Positions 52,853-62,593 of a DNA stretch of 64,000 nt are shown here, in pieces (the first letter of the stretch is position 1; every line of letters begins with the position of its first letter). The notes under the pieces are model-generated. The model made no database searches. It was given only the letters and a program-made list of their open reading frames with translations, and was not told the origin of the DNA. The position numbers were made by a program, and so were the translations under genes. Origin of the DNA: Candidatus Zixiibacteriota bacterium (GTDB lineage: Bacteria > Zixibacteria > MSB-5A5 > GN15 > JAAZOE01); assembly GCA_043819555.1 (NCBI GenBank), contig JBDREQ010000009.1:64001-128000 (forward strand), read 5' to 3'.

Positions 52853-52940
52853 GTCATTGCGAGCGAGTGAAACGAGTGCGGCAATCTATTGCCCAATAAT
52901 TAGAGATCGCCGCGTCGGCCTTCGGCCTCCTCGCGATGAC
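52853..52940. repeat. RPE-like palindromic element (GTCATTGCGAG...GCAATCT...GAGATCGC...CTCGCGATGAC)
   Basis: Terminal inverted repeats GTCATTGCGAG/CTCGCGATGAC with internal hairpins, 33 nt upstream of the protease start codon. Confidence 0.75.
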
Positions 52941-53242
52941 GGAATCTGTTAATTGTGTAAATCAACACGAATTTGACGGATGAAGTCGATTGGGCCTCAT
53001 CCCTATTATTTCACCTCCTCTCCTATTTAAATGCCTTATTCTTTTTACACCCTCAATCCCAATATCCTCTGAAGTATTTGCTTCCCCGTGCTGAAAATAT
53101 TGTATTTTGTGAATTCATGTTTCCCCACAATCCCCTCACACAGCAGAATTGATATGTTTATTGACTTCCCTCAAAATAAAGACGCAAAGACGGTATGATT
53201 TGTCAAATAATATAATTGAAATTGGGGAAAATTAATTGTATT

Positions 53243-53270
53243 GTGGACGGCAGACGTCCTCGCCTGCCGC
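53243..53270 (+). repeat. REP family B copy
   Basis: GTGG-ACGGCAGACG-TCCT-CGCCTGCCGC hairpin. Confidence 0.65.
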
Positions 53271-53298
53271 CTTCTTATTATAAATCTATTATACTAGT

Positions 53299-56200
53299 CT
53301 ACGCTTCGATTTTTTCCTCTTCCGGAATTTCAGCAGCCTGCCAGCGATAAACTCTAAACAGCTGCCGGAATCTGCCGTGGGCCAAATCATCTATAAACGT
53401 ATAAACCACCGGAATCACAATCAACGTCAGAACCGTCGATGAAATCATTCCGCCGATAACCGCGCGCGCAATCGGCGCCCGGAACTCGGCGCCCGAACCG
53501 ATGGCCAATGCCAATGGCAACACACCACCAATTGTTGACAGGGCCGTCATCATAATCGGGCGGAACCGGATCTGACCGGCATGAAGCAGCGCTAAATTTC
53601 TCTCTTCGCCCTGCTCGCGTCTCTGTTTGGTAAAATCAATCAGCAAAATAGCGTTTTTGGTCACCAGTCCCATAAGCAGCACAATTCCAATCAGCGACAT
53701 GATCGAAAAGGCGGTATTAAAAATCCAAAGGCTGATCATGGCTCCCACAATCGCCAGCGGTTGCGATACCATAATCGAGAGAGGATCGGAAAAGCTGTTG
53801 TACTGGCTGGCCAGTACTAAATAAATAAAAATAACGGCGAGAACCAGAGCCATCCCGATTTCCTGAAATGATTCTTCCATAAATTCAGCCTCGCCAACAG
53901 CCCCTATACTGTATCCCGGATCCAATGCAAATGAATCTACCACTATTTGGACATCGGCCCGAATATCTCCTGTCGGACGACCCGATGACCCGCCGGTAAC
54001 TCGCACTTCGCGAACCCGGTCATATCGCTTAATTTCCGATGGTCCGCTCGCTGTTTTAATCTCAGCTATTTGGCTAAGCGGTACACTGTATCTATCACGG
54101 CCGATTATTTCTTTGGATGAGGGTACCGCCAGCAAAGATAGATTATTTTTATCCCGTCGATATTCTTCGGCCACTTGAAGCCGAATATCATATTCCTCAT
54201 CATCTTCTTTGAAGCGGCTGACCTCATCGCCATCAATAAACGTCCGCATCGTCATTGCCACATCAGCGACATTGATACCCAGATCCGAGATCAAGTCGCG
54301 ATTCAATTCGATTTGAAGTTCCGGCTTACCGCTTTCCTCTGAAGATTTCAAATCCACTAATCCGGGAGTATATTTGATTTTCTCCATCAATGCTTCTGCA
54401 TATTCATTCAGCTTTGCCCGATCCGTTCCTCGAATCGAATACATAATTGGCTGTTCCTGCCCGCCGGGGTCCGAAGTTCCCATTGAGGCCGTAAAGAAAA
54501 ATCCGGGATAATTTTTTATTTTTTCGCGAATCTCCTCCGTTATTTCCCGAGCGTGCCGTTCGCGTTCGGATTGATCTTTCAATCTCATGGTTATCGCTCC
54601 CTGGTGAACCGGGTTGGAACCGGCTCCGATGGAAGTAAGCAAGCTCGAGACTTCATCGAACTCCATTAGCATCTGTTCGACCGGTTCGATATCCTTGATA
54701 GTCGCTTGCAAATTATTTCCCGGCCGGCCCTGGAACGTCACCGAAATGAGTCCCTCATCCGCCTGCGGCATAAACTCAGAACCGATAACAAACATCGCCA
54801 TAAATATACTAAACGCGAAAGCTACCCCAGCCATAAGTAAAACCATCCATCGGTGAGAAATCGACCAACGCAGCGCCGGACGATACCATTTCTTTTCCAA
54901 AGCATCAAAAAACCGGTTCCAACCTCGAAGCCGTTTATATATTCTCGATTTCATCACCTCAACCTGAGGCTTTAGATAAATAGATGACATCATCGGAGTC
55001 AGGGTAAAGGCAATAAATAAGCTGACCAGAATCGCGAATGCGACCGTCATTCCGAACGAATAGAAAAATTGCCCAACGATCCCGCTCATAAACGCCACTG
55101 GCAAAAAAACCACCATAATCGAAAATGTCGTTGCCGATACCGCCAGGCCAATTTCACCAGTTGCCTCCCCGGCCGCTTTCATTGGCTTTTTCCCCATCTC
55201 CATATGCCGATAAATATTTTCGATTACTACAATGGCATCGTCAATTAATAACCCCACAGCCAGCGACAGACCCAGCAGCGTCATAAAATTGATTGTAAAG
55301 CCAAGCATGCGCATGAGCGTGAAGGTTGCAATAATCGAGGCCGGGATAGCGATCCCGCTTATTATTGTGGCGCGGAAATTTGACAGAAACAAAAAGATGA
55401 CCAGGATCGCCAGCGATCCACCGTAAACTATATTCATCAGGACATCATCAATCGATTCTTCAATAAAAACTGAATCGTCTCGAGCGATAACGATATTCAT
55501 TCCGGCCGGCAAATCCTTTTCAATCTCTTTCACTTCTTCTTTGATTTCGCGTGCCACCTCAACTGTATTGGCTCCCGATTGGCGGCGAATATCAAGCCCA
55601 ACCAGGGGTGTTCCGTTTAACCTTGAAGTGGATGTCGGCTCGACTTCCGTATCAATTATGTCGGCCACTTCCTCAAGTTTGACATGCCTGCCTTTGGGAG
55701 TAAGGACAACTAAATTCCGTATTTCCTGAACCGATGTAAAACGACCCATCGTTCGCACGACCCAATCACGGTCGCCGTCAACGACTCGACCGGCCGGCAG
55801 TTCCAGATTGGCCTGGGATAGTTTAAAAGCAATATCCGCAGGCGTCAAATCGAGTGACCGCAACCGATCCGGTTTCAAACGAACCTGGATTTCGCGCAGT
55901 GCTCCACCGACGATGGCAGCTTCTCCGACACCGGAAACATTTTCCAATCGCGGTCGGATATTGTCATCGACATAATCGGTCAAATCCCGAAGAGGCTGTG
56001 AGCCCGAAATGGCCAATGATATAATCGGCTGGGCTTCAGGATCGAATCTTTGGATTAACGGTTCTTCGATATCATCCGGTAAATCGGGTCGGATATTGGT
56101 AATTTTATCCCGCACGTCCGCCGCCGCATCCAAGGCGTCGGTTTCCAGGGTAAACTGAATCACCGTCAACGAATATCCCTCGTATGAGGTCGATTCAATA

Positions 56201-56436
56201 TGCTTGACCCCCGCAATAGTGTTACAAGCATCCTCAACCTTCTTGGTAATATCCAACTCAACGGCTTCGGCGCTGGCCCCTGGATAGACCACAGAAATAA
56301 CCACAAACGGGAAGTTCACATCCGGAAACAGATCCACGGACAGGGCCATATATGACGTCACGCCCAGAACCATCAGGGCCAGCGTCATCATAGTCGCGAA
56401 GACGGGGCGCTTAATCGATATATCAGCAAGTATCAT
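53299..56436 (-). CDS. RND efflux transporter permease (AcrB/HAE1-like)
   Basis: SIKRPVFATM, GLLIDDAIVVIENI, GLVTKNAILLIDF and RFRPIMMT motifs. Confidence 0.95.
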   Translation of the reverse strand: MILADISIKRPVFATMMTLALMVLGVTSYMALSVDLFPDVNFPFVVISVVYPGASAEAVELDITKKVEDACNTIAGVKHIESTSYEGYSLTVIQFTLETDALDAAADVRDKITNIRPDLPDDIEEPLIQRFDPEAQPIISLAISGSQPLRDLTDYVDDNIRPRLENVSGVGEAAIVGGALREIQVRLKPDRLRSLDLTPADIAFKLSQANLELPAGRVVDGDRDWVVRTMGRFTSVQEIRNLVVLTPKGRHVKLEEVADIIDTEVEPTSTSRLNGTPLVGLDIRRQSGANTVEVAREIKEEVKEIEKDLPAGMNIVIARDDSVFIEESIDDVLMNIVYGGSLAILVIFLFLSNFRATIISGIAIPASIIATFTLMRMLGFTINFMTLLGLSLAVGLLIDDAIVVIENIYRHMEMGKKPMKAAGEATGEIGLAVSATTFSIMVVFLPVAFMSGIVGQFFYSFGMTVAFAILVSLFIAFTLTPMMSSIYLKPQVEVMKSRIYKRLRGWNRFFDALEKKWYRPALRWSISHRWMVLLMAGVAFAFSIFMAMFVIGSEFMPQADEGLISVTFQGRPGNNLQATIKDIEPVEQMLMEFDEVSSLLTSIGAGSNPVHQGAITMRLKDQSERERHAREITEEIREKIKNYPGFFFTASMGTSDPGGQEQPIMYSIRGTDRAKLNEYAEALMEKIKYTPGLVDLKSSEESGKPELQIELNRDLISDLGINVADVAMTMRTFIDGDEVSRFKEDDEEYDIRLQVAEEYRRDKNNLSLLAVPSSKEIIGRDRYSVPLSQIAEIKTASGPSEIKRYDRVREVRVTGGSSGRPTGDIRADVQIVVDSFALDPGYSIGAVGEAEFMEESFQEIGMALVLAVIFIYLVLASQYNSFSDPLSIMVSQPLAIVGAMISLWIFNTAFSIMSLIGIVLLMGLVTKNAILLIDFTKQRREQGEERNLALLHAGQIRFRPIMMTALSTIGGVLPLALAIGSGAEFRAPIARAVIGGMISSTVLTLIVIPVVYTFIDDLAHGRFRQLFRVYRWQAAEIPEEEKIEA

Positions 56437-57473
56437 CGCGCCGCCTCCTGAACCTTTGCGCCCGGTGTCAGCATTTTATGTCCCAAAACGACCACTCTAT
56501 CATCCAATTGAATCTGCCCTTCAATCGCACTGTAATACTCTCCATTTGCCAGAACTTTAACCGAAATCAATCGCGCGGTATCGGAATGAATCGAATAAAT
56601 TGAGGTTTCCCCTCCCCGATATAAGATGGCATCGTTAGGTACCAGTAATGCATTCGACAGCGTCTCGACCTCAATGTCGGCAATCACATAAACTCCCGGC
56701 GCGAATCCTTTTATCGGTTCATCGAATCGGCATTCAACCTCAAAGCTCCTCGTGTCCCTATTAGCCGCATCCGCCACGCTGATAACTGTCCCGGTCATTG
56801 TATTTTCAATATCCTGAGATGAAGTGACTATAACTTTCTGACCGGTTTTGATAATGTCAACCTGAATCGTCGGTACATCGAGAATCAGCCGCAAAGCAGA
56901 CACTTTGGCAATCTCAATCAACGGCAACCCCTGTGCCACTTCGTTTCCGATTCGTACCGGAATATCGACGACAACGCCGTCAAACGGGGCATTGATTTCA
57001 ATCGCCTGTCGGGCGGATTCGAAATTGGCTTTAGCCACTTTATAATCCGTCTCAGCAGCGTCGCGCTGCGATTCAGAAATCGCTCCGGCGGCCAACAACC
57101 GCTCCATTTTATTGAATTGTTTTTCGGCATTCAGAAAAACCGCTTCGGCCTGATTGTATTGCGTCTGGACTCCGCCGCGATCAAGCTTCACCAGCATATC
57201 GCCTTTTCCTACCGCTTGTCCGGTTCTAACCGGAATATCGACGACCGTGCCCGTCACTTTGGATAGTATCGTAGCCTGCCTATCACCTTTCAAAGTTCCT
57301 CCGACCTTAATTGTCCGAGAAAAATCATTGACCGTCGCTTTTTCGGTTACGACCATGACCGGAGGAGCCTCGCCAATTTCGTTTGTCTCCTGCTCAAAAC
57401 ACCCCGTCACAATTACCAATGCCGTTAATACAAACATTATTTTCAAGAATTTCATTTTTTTATCCTTTACCAT
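56433..57473 (-). CDS. RND periplasmic adaptor (MFP) lipoprotein
   Basis: Lipobox VTG-C, lipoyl halves (GQAVGKGDMLVKLD, INAPFDGVV), LLVPNDAI. Confidence 0.9.
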   Translation of the reverse strand: MVKDKKMKFLKIMFVLTALVIVTGCFEQETNEIGEAPPVMVVTEKATVNDFSRTIKVGGTLKGDRQATILSKVTGTVVDIPVRTGQAVGKGDMLVKLDRGGVQTQYNQAEAVFLNAEKQFNKMERLLAAGAISESQRDAAETDYKVAKANFESARQAIEINAPFDGVVVDIPVRIGNEVAQGLPLIEIAKVSALRLILDVPTIQVDIIKTGQKVIVTSSQDIENTMTGTVISVADAANRDTRSFEVECRFDEPIKGFAPGVYVIADIEVETLSNALLVPNDAILYRGGETSIYSIHSDTARLISVKVLANGEYYSAIEGQIQLDDRVVVLGHKMLTPGAKVQEAAR

Positions 57474-58813
57474 TGTGCCCCCCAATCCCGTCCGACTGCC
57501 CGTTTGAGTGAACTGACCGCAACGGCCAAATCATACAAAGCCGTTAACCGATTTACCCGAGCCGTTGTCAAGGCGACCTGCGAATCCAGAAGTTCAAGCT
57601 GGGTTCCGATGCCATTTTCAAAACGCACCTCGCCGATCGCAAGTCCTCGTTCGGCCTGCGATACGGTTTCGCCCAACGCCTCGACCCGTTGCCGGGCTTC
57701 ATTCACTTTCCCGACCGCGTCGCGGACCTCCAGTTGAATCTGTCGTTTCAATTGGCTGTTATTCAGCCGACTTTGGTTGTAATCAACTTTTGCCTGTTGA
57801 ACCTTGCCGCCTGTTTCGAATCCGGAAAATATCGGCCAATTCAATACCACCGACACATTCCACGACCGATTCCAGGAATCGCCCGCAAGCGATGTCTTGC
57901 CAATATCATCCTTAAAACTATCCCATTGGACACGGCTGTTGATGCCGACATCCGGCTTATATCCGCTTTTTGCGATAGATACCAATTTCTCGTTTATATT
58001 CATCATTTCCCGGCTCTGAGCGATTTCGGGACGACTGGCAATCGCTTCGGATATCAAATCGTCCAAACTCAGTTCGGGAATCGAAATTTCCTCAATCGTC
58101 GTGCCCAATTCAATTTCCGTATCCGGTTCAAGGGCTAGAATATTCTTCAGATAATTCATTGCATGATCGGCGTCGTTTTCGGCCCGGATTCGATCCGGCC
58201 GAGTATTGGCCACCTGAACCTGAGACCTCAATAGCTCATATTCTGAAGTCTGTCCTTCATTATATAGTTTCTGCACAACATCCAGATTGGCCTGCGCCAC
58301 CAATTCGGCATCGCGAAAAACCTGCGCCGCTTCGTTCGCAGTCACCGCATTCAGATACGCCTTGTCGGCTTCGGCAGCGACGTCATGACGGGCCGCCCGA
58401 ATCAATTCATCGGTATAACTAAAGCCATATTTGGCTATTTTGATTGCCGTACCGACTTTCCCGGCCGCGTATAGAGGCTGGTATAAGCTAAATCCGAACG
58501 AATAATTGTGCGGTGTACCGAAGCGCAATGTGAATTTATCTGTTTCGCCTTCATCATCGGTCATGGTCAACACCGAAGATTGCAAATCTATATTGCGAAG
58601 ATATTGTCCGTCGAATGTTATCCGAGGAAACGCTCCCGCACGAGCCTCAACATACTGGCCCTGTATCCTTTCGCGTTCGAGCAAAGCCGCCTGATATCGC
58701 TCGTTTCTTTCTACAGCCAGCGCTACCGCTTTCTCTCGAGATAGCACAATCGTTTCCGCGTTGACAAACGGCGCCAGCATCAAAAGCGCCATTAACATCC
58801 CAAGTAATTTCAT
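57467..58813 (-). CDS. TolC family outer membrane efflux protein
   Basis: Signal peptide, two OEP repeats, [16 protein letters not shown]. Confidence 0.92.
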   Translation of the reverse strand: MKLLGMLMALLMLAPFVNAETIVLSREKAVALAVERNERYQAALLERERIQGQYVEARAGAFPRITFDGQYLRNIDLQSSVLTMTDDEGETDKFTLRFGTPHNYSFGFSLYQPLYAAGKVGTAIKIAKYGFSYTDELIRAARHDVAAEADKAYLNAVTANEAAQVFRDAELVAQANLDVVQKLYNEGQTSEYELLRSQVQVANTRPDRIRAENDADHAMNYLKNILALEPDTEIELGTTIEEISIPELSLDDLISEAIASRPEIAQSREMMNINEKLVSIAKSGYKPDVGINSRVQWDSFKDDIGKTSLAGDSWNRSWNVSVVLNWPIFSGFETGGKVQQAKVDYNQSRLNNSQLKRQIQLEVRDAVGKVNEARQRVEALGETVSQAERGLAIGEVRFENGIGTQLELLDSQVALTTARVNRLTALYDLAVAVSSLKRAVGRDWGAQW

Positions 58814-59439
58814 GCATTCCTCTCTGTATTTAATGCCCGGCTGATAAGCCGGGTGTAATTTTCAATTTCAGTTTTCAATCTGTCCTCATATTCTTCCTGC
58901 ACATGAATCAAAAACAGGTAACGAGACACGGCAATTATCATAACTGCCGCCGATAACCGATCCTCATAAGGCGAATCTTTTCCCTCTTCCAAATCGCCGA
59001 ACGCCTCGGCGATTTTTTGCGTCGCCGCTTCGATTCTTTTATGCCAGTCAATAATGATCTCTGAGCAATCATCTCCGGAACCGCGCATGCCTGAAGTCAA
59101 TATCATCCGTACCAGATACCGGTGGTCAAACAACGTTTTAATAAAACCGGTAAACAGATTCCCTACCAGACTCTCCATGCTTTTGCTTTTCCCAATCGCT
59201 TCTTCAAAACATAGCAGAAAATGTTCATGACCGTGATCCATCAGCGAATCAAACAGATCCTGTTTATCTTTGAAATAATTGTAAAGCGTACCTTTTGAAA
59301 GTTCAGCCTCAATCGCGATTTCGTCCAGAGTCGCTTCGCCAAAGTTTTTTCGAGAAAAAACCCGCGCCGCCGCTTCCAGTATCGAATGCCTGCGCGCTTC
59401 TTTTTCTCGTTCTTTTCTTTTGGCTATCGATTTTTCCAT
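58810..59439 (-). CDS. TetR/AcrR family regulator
   Basis: ILEAAARVF...[27 protein letters not shown]. Confidence 0.92.
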   Translation of the reverse strand: MEKSIAKRKEREKEARRHSILEAAARVFSRKNFGEATLDEIAIEAELSKGTLYNYFKDKQDLFDSLMDHGHEHFLLCFEEAIGKSKSMESLVGNLFTGFIKTLFDHRYLVRMILTSGMRGSGDDCSEIIIDWHKRIEAATQKIAEAFGDLEEGKDSPYEDRLSAAVMIIAVSRYLFLIHVQEEYEDRLKTEIENYTRLISRALNTERNA

Positions 59440-59458
59440 ATTTTACCTTCCAGTCAAC

Positions 59459-59478
59459 AAATGACCCCTCGGTCATTT
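59459..59478. promoter_or_regulatory. Probable TetR operator
   Basis: Perfect dyad AAATGACC-CCTC-GGTCATTT between the minus-strand TATATT (-10) and the tetR start. Confidence 0.7.
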
Positions 59479-59676
59479 TTTGAATATACGGTAAGATTCA
59501 AAAAAAGTTCATACTTTTTTTCAATTTTTTATCATTTTTTTAATGGGAATTCTTGGTGTTTAATAGATTGGTATATATATTCTTAGCTTCTTCGGGAAAT
59601 TATTTATGGAAATAAATGGAAAAATGTGATGCCAAAATCTGTCGGAAATATGGCCCAATGTGTATATTATGACTGT

Positions 59677-61008
59677 ATGGATTTTTTCAATTCAGACAAA
59701 AAACCACAGCCGGAAAATATTTCCGAAACCAGGCCTCTCGCCGACCGGATGCGACCGACGACTCTCGATGAATTTTGCGGCCAGGAAAAAATAATCGCTC
59801 CCGGCACGCCTCTGCGTCGAGCTATCGAAGAGGGCCGTTCCGGCTCGATGATTTTTTGGGGTCCGCCCGGAAGCGGCAAAACCACACTGGCCTTTCTGAT
59901 AGCCAATTCATGCCCGGGAGATTTCCTGCCGTATTCCGCCGTTATATCGTCTATCCGCGAACTCAAAGACGTCATCGCCCGCGCCCGCAAACGCAAAAAA
60001 ATGTACGGCACCTCAACCCATCTTTTCATAGATGAAATTCACCGCTTCAATAAAGCCCAGCAGGATGCTTTTTTACCTTACGTTGAAGATGGCTCGATAG
60101 TTCTCATTGGAGCCACAACAGAAAATCCATCGTTCGAAATCATCACTCCGCTTTTATCCCGCGTTCGAGTTCATGTTTTGGAACGGCTCACATCGGAACA
60201 TATCAAAACTATTTTAAAACGTTCTCTTGAGGATAGCGAAAAAGGACTGGGCCAGCGGAAATTATCCATTGAGCAAAAAGGTCTCGATTATCTTGCTGAG
60301 CAATCCGATGGCGATGCCCGCTGGGCATTGTCCATCCTCGAAGCCGCCGCCGGTGATATAGAGGATAAAAACGAAATCACTTACGTTCTTCTCAAGAAAA
60401 TCATCGGTCAGCGCAACATCATCTATGATAAATCGGCCGAAGAGCATTTTAATATAATCTCGGCCCTGCACAAATCGATTCGGGGCGGCGACATCGACGC
60501 ATCGTTGTATTGGCTGGCGAGGATGCTCAAAGGCGGCGAACAGCCTTTATATATATTAAGGCGTCTGGTTCGCTTCGCATCCGAAGATGTGGGATTGGCC
60601 GACCCGTTTGCGCTGACGCTGTGCATGTCCGCCACCGAATCATATCGTTTTCTTGGTTCGCCCGAAGGCGAACTGGCTATCGCTCAGGCGGTCATCTATC
60701 TCGCCTCGGCTCCCAAATCAGTCTCGGCTTACAAAGCCTTCGGAGCCGTTATGGATGAAGTCGAAAAATCGGAAAACCTTCCCGTCCCGATGCATATTCG
60801 CAACGCTCCGACGCGTTTGATGAAAGATGTCGGATACGGCAAGGGATATATTTATCCTCCCGATAGCGACACGCCTTTTGTTGATCAGACATTTTTACCC
60901 GATAATATTGCCGATAAGAAATTCTATTTCCCCACCGATAAGGGCCGTGAACGCAAAATCGCCACCTATTTCCACGCCTTCCGGAAATATCGGGAGGAGA
61001 AGAAGTAA
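59677..61008 (+). CDS. rarA: Replication-associated recombination protein A (MgsA)
   Basis: PLADRMRP, WGPPGSGKTTLA, IDEIHRFNKAQQD, GATTENPSFE and ISALHKSIRG motifs. Confidence 0.95.
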   Translation: MDFFNSDKKPQPENISETRPLADRMRPTTLDEFCGQEKIIAPGTPLRRAIEEGRSGSMIFWGPPGSGKTTLAFLIANSCPGDFLPYSAVISSIRELKDVIARARKRKKMYGTSTHLFIDEIHRFNKAQQDAFLPYVEDGSIVLIGATTENPSFEIITPLLSRVRVHVLERLTSEHIKTILKRSLEDSEKGLGQRKLSIEQKGLDYLAEQSDGDARWALSILEAAAGDIEDKNEITYVLLKKIIGQRNIIYDKSAEEHFNIISALHKSIRGGDIDASLYWLARMLKGGEQPLYILRRLVRFASEDVGLADPFALTLCMSATESYRFLGSPEGELAIAQAVIYLASAPKSVSAYKAFGAVMDEVEKSENLPVPMHIRNAPTRLMKDVGYGKGYIYPPDSDTPFVDQTFLPDNIADKKFYFPTDKGRERKIATYFHAFRKYREEKK

Positions 61009-61012
61009 TTTA

Positions 61013-61039
61013 GTAGGTCGAAATCCTTGCGGTTTCGAC
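61013..61039 (+). repeat. GTAG-type REP hairpin
   Basis: GTAG-GTCGAAATCC-TTGC-GGTTTCGAC starting 4 nt after the rarA stop. Confidence 0.55.
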
Positions 61040-61064
61040 AATGTCATTTCCCTTGTTCCCCTGC

Positions 61065-61225
61065 CAGGCTATCGCCTGTCATTCCCGAGAGCGGAGTCCG
61101 GTTAGGGACGAAGCGAGTCGGGAATCCAGACTATACATTTCGTGGGCTGCAGACGTCCTCGTCCGCCCCATAGATAATCACAAAACTCTTAAAATTCCTG
61201 GACACCCGCTTTCGCGGGTGTGACA
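61065..61225. repeat. Palindromic miniature element family A copy 2, with a nested family B REP (61142-61169)
   Basis: CAGGCTATCGCCTGTCATTCCCGAGAGCG...GGGAATCCA start; right end GGACACCCGC-TTTC-GCGGGTGTGACA. Confidence 0.75.
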
Positions 61226-61286
61226 AATTTAATATGCAGGAAAAAAATATAACCCGCGTAGGAATTGGTTAATTGGGTAAGCGATA

Positions 61287-61751
61287 TCACTTCTGCACTA
61301 TTACAACCCTAGTCCCGGCAATACGGTCGCCAAATCGAGCGCATTCGTCTGAACGCAATATCAAAATTACGCCGGCGATGTTTAAAATTGGCAGGCTATC
61401 GACAGCACGCAGAATATTTCTAATCAAGCTTTTGACAAGGCCAGGCTTTTGTCCATCATAGTCTATAACCCGAATCCCGACTAAAAACTTCCCCAGCGTC
61501 GCACCCAAATAGCCTTCGAGCAAAACAAAATAAGAAACAATCACAATAAAAAAGATGATACACAGAGGGTCGGTTATAAAAAGCCCGAAACTCCAAAGGT
61601 GATCCGACGCGCCCATCAACCACGTCCCCTTGACAATTCTCGTAATCGGAAAGAAAAAAGCGCTCAGGATTGCGAAATCAAGAAACAGTCCCCAAAACCT
61701 CGGCCACAAACCGGCATAAATGTATTTTTGATTTTCAGCCCCGCTTTTCAT
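61287..61751 (-). CDS. RDD family membrane protein
   Basis: YAGLWPRF..LFLD, GATLGK...GIRV and RFGDRIAGTRVV motifs. ATG at 61751 has an AAGGGG SD. Confidence 0.88.
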   Translation of the reverse strand: MKSGAENQKYIYAGLWPRFWGLFLDFAILSAFFFPITRIVKGTWLMGASDHLWSFGLFITDPLCIIFFIVIVSYFVLLEGYLGATLGKFLVGIRVIDYDGQKPGLVKSLIRNILRAVDSLPILNIAGVILILRSDECARFGDRIAGTRVVIVQK

Positions 61752-61784
61752 CTCAATGCACCCCTTACGATAAGGATAAATACT

Positions 61785-61854
61785 GTTGGGGACAGGTGTC
61801 CACACCTGTTCCCTAATCTATTTTTCCGCACAGATATGGACACCTGTACAGCAC
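61785..61854. repeat. Inverted pair of REP family B copies
   Basis: GTTGGGGACAGGTGTCCACACCTGTTCCC and, on the minus strand, GTGCTGTACAGGTGTCCATATCTGTGC. Confidence 0.65.
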
Positions 61855-62225
61855 ATTAAAAAACCATTGTATTAAAAATATATCTATATCGGATGATAAA
61901 TCAAATAATTATTGTGGGGATGAAGCACGAAGGGCGTCAGTTAATAATCAAATATATCGTCTTGCCTCGCAACGCTCCTTGAATCATCACCTTCATGTCC
62001 TGCCGTTAGGCAAGTTACAGCATCACATCGCCCAAACCACCCATTGAATTTGGGGCAACAGCTATCCCTATGTCCAAAAATAACTTGACACGATTGCCGT
62101 AAATTATTATCTTTCGCATGTGAGGAGGTTCCCTTCTCCCACCCTGTTCATTAAGAAATCCTCGCCGCCCATTGGGAAAAGTATGCATAAAATATAAATA
62201 AAAACCTTTAGCAAGGAGTGACGTC

Positions 62226-62591
62226 ATGTGGCGTAAAATTATTTTAGTCATGTTCGCGGCTCTAATATTGTTGGCTGCGTCATCGCCGGTTTTGGCCTAC
62301 GACCCAAGGTGCCGACTCCCCTTCGGTGAACCATCAAACGATGAACACCCCTGGGGCGATGAAAACTATTCCAATGAACGACCCCTTATCGGATACGACC
62401 GAGTGTACACATTAACGGGAAATTATGATTTGATTTCCATAGCGGTACAGGGCGTCTGGGACAGCGCGGTTGGCAAAGCTAAGGAAATATTTGGCCTGCA
62501 GAATTCGCAAGCGCGAACTGCGACGGTTTCAGAAACCAGGACAATGCGAATTTACAATTCCCGGAAACCATCTGCGATGAGGAAAAGGTAA
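62226..62591 (+). CDS. Small secreted protein with acidic HPWG segment
   Basis: AAGGAG SD; Sec signal MWRK-h-region-VLA; mature YDPRCRLPFGEPSNDEHPWGDEN...; basic tail. The stop is 2 nt before the next ATG. Confidence 0.75.
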   Translation: MWRKIILVMFAALILLAASSPVLAYDPRCRLPFGEPSNDEHPWGDENYSNERPLIGYDRVYTLTGNYDLISIAVQGVWDSAVGKAKEIFGLQNSQARTATVSETRTMRIYNSRKPSAMRKR

Positions 62592-62593
62592 TC

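Noticed and set aside
53176..53210. GACGCAAAG as part of a c-di-GMP-I riboswitch
   Set aside because: The GGCAAA/GNRA P2 stem is missing and the orientation is opposite to the downstream gene.
62172..62187. TTGGGAAAAGTATGCA as a sigma54 -24/-12 promoter for the HPWG/TPR operon
   Set aside because: The GG-to-GC spacing is 9 nt rather than the required 10, so autoregulation cannot be claimed.
62015..62251. 78-aa minus-strand ORF
   Set aside because: It overlaps the promoter and start of the HPWG gene and has no SD or recognisable features.
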